Assembly: GCA_965248925.1 (NCBI GenBank) | Contig: CBDFLE010000006.1 | Coordinates: 3,232,001 to 3,296,000 of the forward strand | DNA: 64,000 nucleotides | Direction of reading: 5' to 3' | Source of the DNA: Candidatus Multivoradales bacterium | GTDB lineage: Bacteria > Acidobacteriota > Thermoanaerobaculia > Multivoradales > J023 | Shown here: piece by piece, positions 62,401 to 64,000 of the stretch | Layout of the letters: each line of letters opens with the position of its first letter | Numbering within the stretch: the stretch's first letter is position 1 | Translations under genes and position numbers: made by a program | The notes under the pieces: generated by a model | What the model was told of the DNA's origin: nothing | What the model saw: only the letters and a program-made list of their open reading frames with translations | Databases searched by the model: none

Positions 62401-62574
62401 ACCTGTCCCACCGACGCGATCGTCTTTGGCGATATTCGCGACGCTAACAGCCAGGTGACGGCGCGCAAGGCTCAGGAGCGTGACTACACGGTGCTCGAGG
62501 AACTCAACAATCGGCCGCGCACCACCTACTTGGCCAAGCTGCGCGACCCGAACCCCGATTGGGGCACGGCTTGA
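59482..62574 (+). CDS. actB: ACIII subunit B (molybdopterin-oxidoreductase-like + 4Fe-4S)
   Basis: YWRSL, Tat-like SRRTML..LAAC, GRPTKIEGN, CTGCNAC, CMHCENAPC, CIGTRYC, EKCSYC. Confidence 0.92.
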   Translation: MSPLSDRERPAAQQQSSPEAIASGASKHFGPEAVASGSSKHYWRSLGRLLDSPATDPASWPPGHEFPEGASEPPDALSRRTMLGLMGSSFALAGLAACRRPVETIVPYVQAPETVIPGIARHFATTLTSGNNAVGVVVESHEGRPTKIEGNELYPGSAGAADAWTQASVLGLYDPDRSRVVRHRGAAPAAGDHGADSHGADSASPKDDSLQLSTWQDFETFWAERAAEFERTGGAGLAVLSAAYSSPTLARLRGRFSARFPQALWVTYEPAGDDNSFAGAKLATGTDARPVYHLERARVVVTLDADLLGTESGAVGHAKGFAAGRRMGSPEDEMNRLFAVEGVLSLTGSMADHRLRLRSSQIGGFAAALAAAVGADVTAPQLAGEPAARLATMAADLRRAGSAALVVAGRRQPPAVHAWALLINQTLGSLGNTVELFGLKDSAYGGPLALAPLATAMQAGEIDTLVMLDSNPAYDAPADLGFAAALAAVPHAVHLGLHVDETARACEWQLPQSHYLEAWGDARGAEGTRSVVQPLIAPLHDSRSAVELLALLAGESETVGYTLVRASWSEAGVGDVAWRKLLHDGLDSAAGGAALSATVTVADGALDETVSSAGLEVDFLVSLSVADGRFANNAWLQELPDPVSKLVWDNALFISPGTAAEQDLATGDRVRVSQGDLAIEAPIFVLPGLADGTLAIELGFGRQAAGRVGDGVGVDAYALRTVAAPWTVGGVQLKKISGHQELVQTQEHGSMEGRPLVRESTLDEYRAHPHFAREMVERLPRSQLFPDFDYSEGPQWGMSIDLNSCTGCNACVVACQAENNIPVVGRDQINRGREMHWLRIDRYFAGDLSDPEVVFQPIPCMHCENAPCEQVCPVAATVHDRNGINAMVYNRCIGTRYCSNNCPYKVRRFNFFNYTKDTPELVKMAMNPDVSVRSRGVMEKCSYCNQRINEAQIVAKRAGRPLVDGDIQTACQQTCPTDAIVFGDIRDANSQVTARKAQERDYTVLEELNNRPRTTYLAKLRDPNPDWGTA

Positions 62575-62630
62575 GCAGCTCGCGACGGTCGAACTAGACT
62601 GGCGAACATAGGTTGATCGAGGAAGACTCC

Positions 62631-63218
62631 GTGGTGCGAAAACTGACCCTCAATTTCGTTGTTTTGGCTTTGCTGCTCGGTTCGCTGAGCGGTTGTATGC
62701 GTGGCAGTACGTCTCCACGGGCGCCGATCCATCCGAATCCGAACATGGACCTGCAGCCCAAATATCGGGCGCAGGCGGCCAGCGCCTTCTTCTACGATGG
62801 GGCCACAATGCGACCGCAGGTGGCCCACACCGTGGCCCGTGGCGAATTGCGTGAGGACACCGCATTGTGGGATGGGGTCGATGCCGAGGGTAGTTTCGTG
62901 ACCACCAACCCCTTGCCTGTCGATGCCGAAATCCTGGCCCGCGGTGTCGAGCGGTATCAGATTTACTGCACTCCGTGTCATGGCGACAATGGCAAGGGTC
63001 GGGGAGCGCTTTACGACCGCGCTGGGGTGGAAGCCGGCGACCTTCATGAACCGCGGATTGTCGAAATGCCCGCCGGGCAACTCTTCGATGTGATCACCAA
63101 TGGCGTTGGCCTGATGGCGGGCTATCGCTATCCGATCCCTTCCGAGGACCGCTGGGCGATCATCGCCTATGTGCGGCAGTTGCAGGGTGCGCAGCCGCAG
63201 AGTGAAGGTGGATCCTAG
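62631..63218 (+). CDS. actE: Monoheme cytochrome c lipoprotein, ACIII subunit E
   Basis: Lipobox LSGC, MDLQPKY, TVARG, CTPCH, DRWAIIAYVRQLQ. Confidence 0.88.
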   Translation: MVRKLTLNFVVLALLLGSLSGCMRGSTSPRAPIHPNPNMDLQPKYRAQAASAFFYDGATMRPQVAHTVARGELREDTALWDGVDAEGSFVTTNPLPVDAEILARGVERYQIYCTPCHGDNGKGRGALYDRAGVEAGDLHEPRIVEMPAGQLFDVITNGVGLMAGYRYPIPSEDRWAIIAYVRQLQGAQPQSEGGS

Positions 63219-63263
63219 ATCCGGCTCCCGCGACTTTGGGGAGCCATCAAACGAGGTGAGGAC

Positions 63264-64000
63264 TTGAGCAAGAAGCCGCCGCTGATCCTGGTACTGCTGG
63301 CCGCCGTGTCGCTGGTCGCTGTCGTCGTGGGAATCGGCAAGTTGGCACTCAGCGCCGACCAAAAGCTGTCCTACAAGTCGCCGCTCAAGGAGCGGACGGC
63401 GATCGAAGTGCCGACGCCGCACGAAGTTGCTCAGCAGGAGCAGGCCGAGGCCGAGACCGAGCGCCTTCTGACCCAGTCCTATGAGGAAGACGAATACCGC
63501 GCCTTCCCGGTGATCGGTAGCCGCACCGCGATCTGGGTGGTGGCGCAGCTGCACCTGCTCTTCGCCGCCTTCGTGCTGGCGGTGCCGATTTTCGCCGTCA
63601 TCATCGAGTTCATTGGCTACAAGAACGGCGATCCGCGCTACGACAAGCTGGCCTACGAGTTCACCAAGCTGCTGTCGGTATCGTTTTCCTTCACCGCCAG
63701 TCTTGGGGCGATGCTGCTCTTCATGCTGGTCGCTCTGTACCCGAAGTTGACCGGCTATTTGGGGCACGTGTTCTCGCCGACCTTCCTGCCCTATGTGTTG
63801 TTGTTCTTCGCCGAGGCCGGCTTCCTCTACAGCTACTACTACGGCTGGGGCAAGTTCTCGCCGCGCACTCATCTCTTCCTCGGCGTGATGCTCAACGTCG
63901 TCGGCACCTGCATCATGCTGATCGCCAATGCCTGGCTGACCTTCATGATGACCCCGGCCGGGGTGGCCGAGTCGGGAGCGCTGATCAGCACCTGGGACGC
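63264..64000 (+). CDS. Cytochrome bd ubiquinol oxidase subunit I-like protein (runs off window)
   Basis: Hand translation: WVVAQLHLLFAAFVLAVP..IIE...DPRYDKLA, FFAEAGFLY, IANAWLTFMMTP. Confidence 0.82.
   Translation, partial: MSKKPPLILVLLAAVSLVAVVVGIGKLALSADQKLSYKSPLKERTAIEVPTPHEVAQQEQAEAETERLLTQSYEEDEYRAFPVIGSRTAIWVVAQLHLLFAAFVLAVPIFAVIIEFIGYKNGDPRYDKLAYEFTKLLSVSFSFTASLGAMLLFMLVALYPKLTGYLGHVFSPTFLPYVLLFFAEAGFLYSYYYGWGKFSPRTHLFLGVMLNVVGTCIMLIANAWLTFMMTPAGVAESGALISTWD

Noticed and set aside
62526-63872. 448 aa minus-strand ORF
   Set aside because: Antisense shadow of actE and the bd-like gene

Overview
High-GC bacterial window. Gene style (ADOP orphan permease, ECF-HEAT operon, HTH-TPR regulators) suggests Acidobacteriota, possibly Thermoanaerobaculia-like; this is inference. 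A housekeeping backbone (argS, tmk, holB-like, pgi, rsmI, murA, Slt, DsbA) is interleaved with accessory blocks. Main observations: (1) Three HTH-TPR regulators (two AraC-TPR, one frameshifted XRE-TPR) each have an unannotated 23-54 aa ORF convergent at their 3' end, with an RBS and a shared [GS]-x-x-[IV]-[DI]-P-x-[GA] motif, a candidate peptide/TPR signalling system. (2) A signal-peptide Fam20C/PI4K-like kinase, a signal-peptide Shewanella-like phosphatase, a cNMP-binding protein and an NTT-HEAT nucleotide transporter form a candidate extracytoplasmic phosphorylation system with its own ATP supply. (3) An ~8.3 kb integrase-less island bounded by a 37-bp direct repeat carries a broken RHS toxin. 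(4) An alternative complex III arm (ActA/B/E) is followed directly by a cytochrome bd-like subunit instead of ActC. Also present: DUF692/MNIO, an HpnR-like radical SAM enzyme, an iodotyrosine deiodinase-like enzyme, GTAG REP elements and several decayed genes. All calls come from motif reading by eye; no database searches were run.
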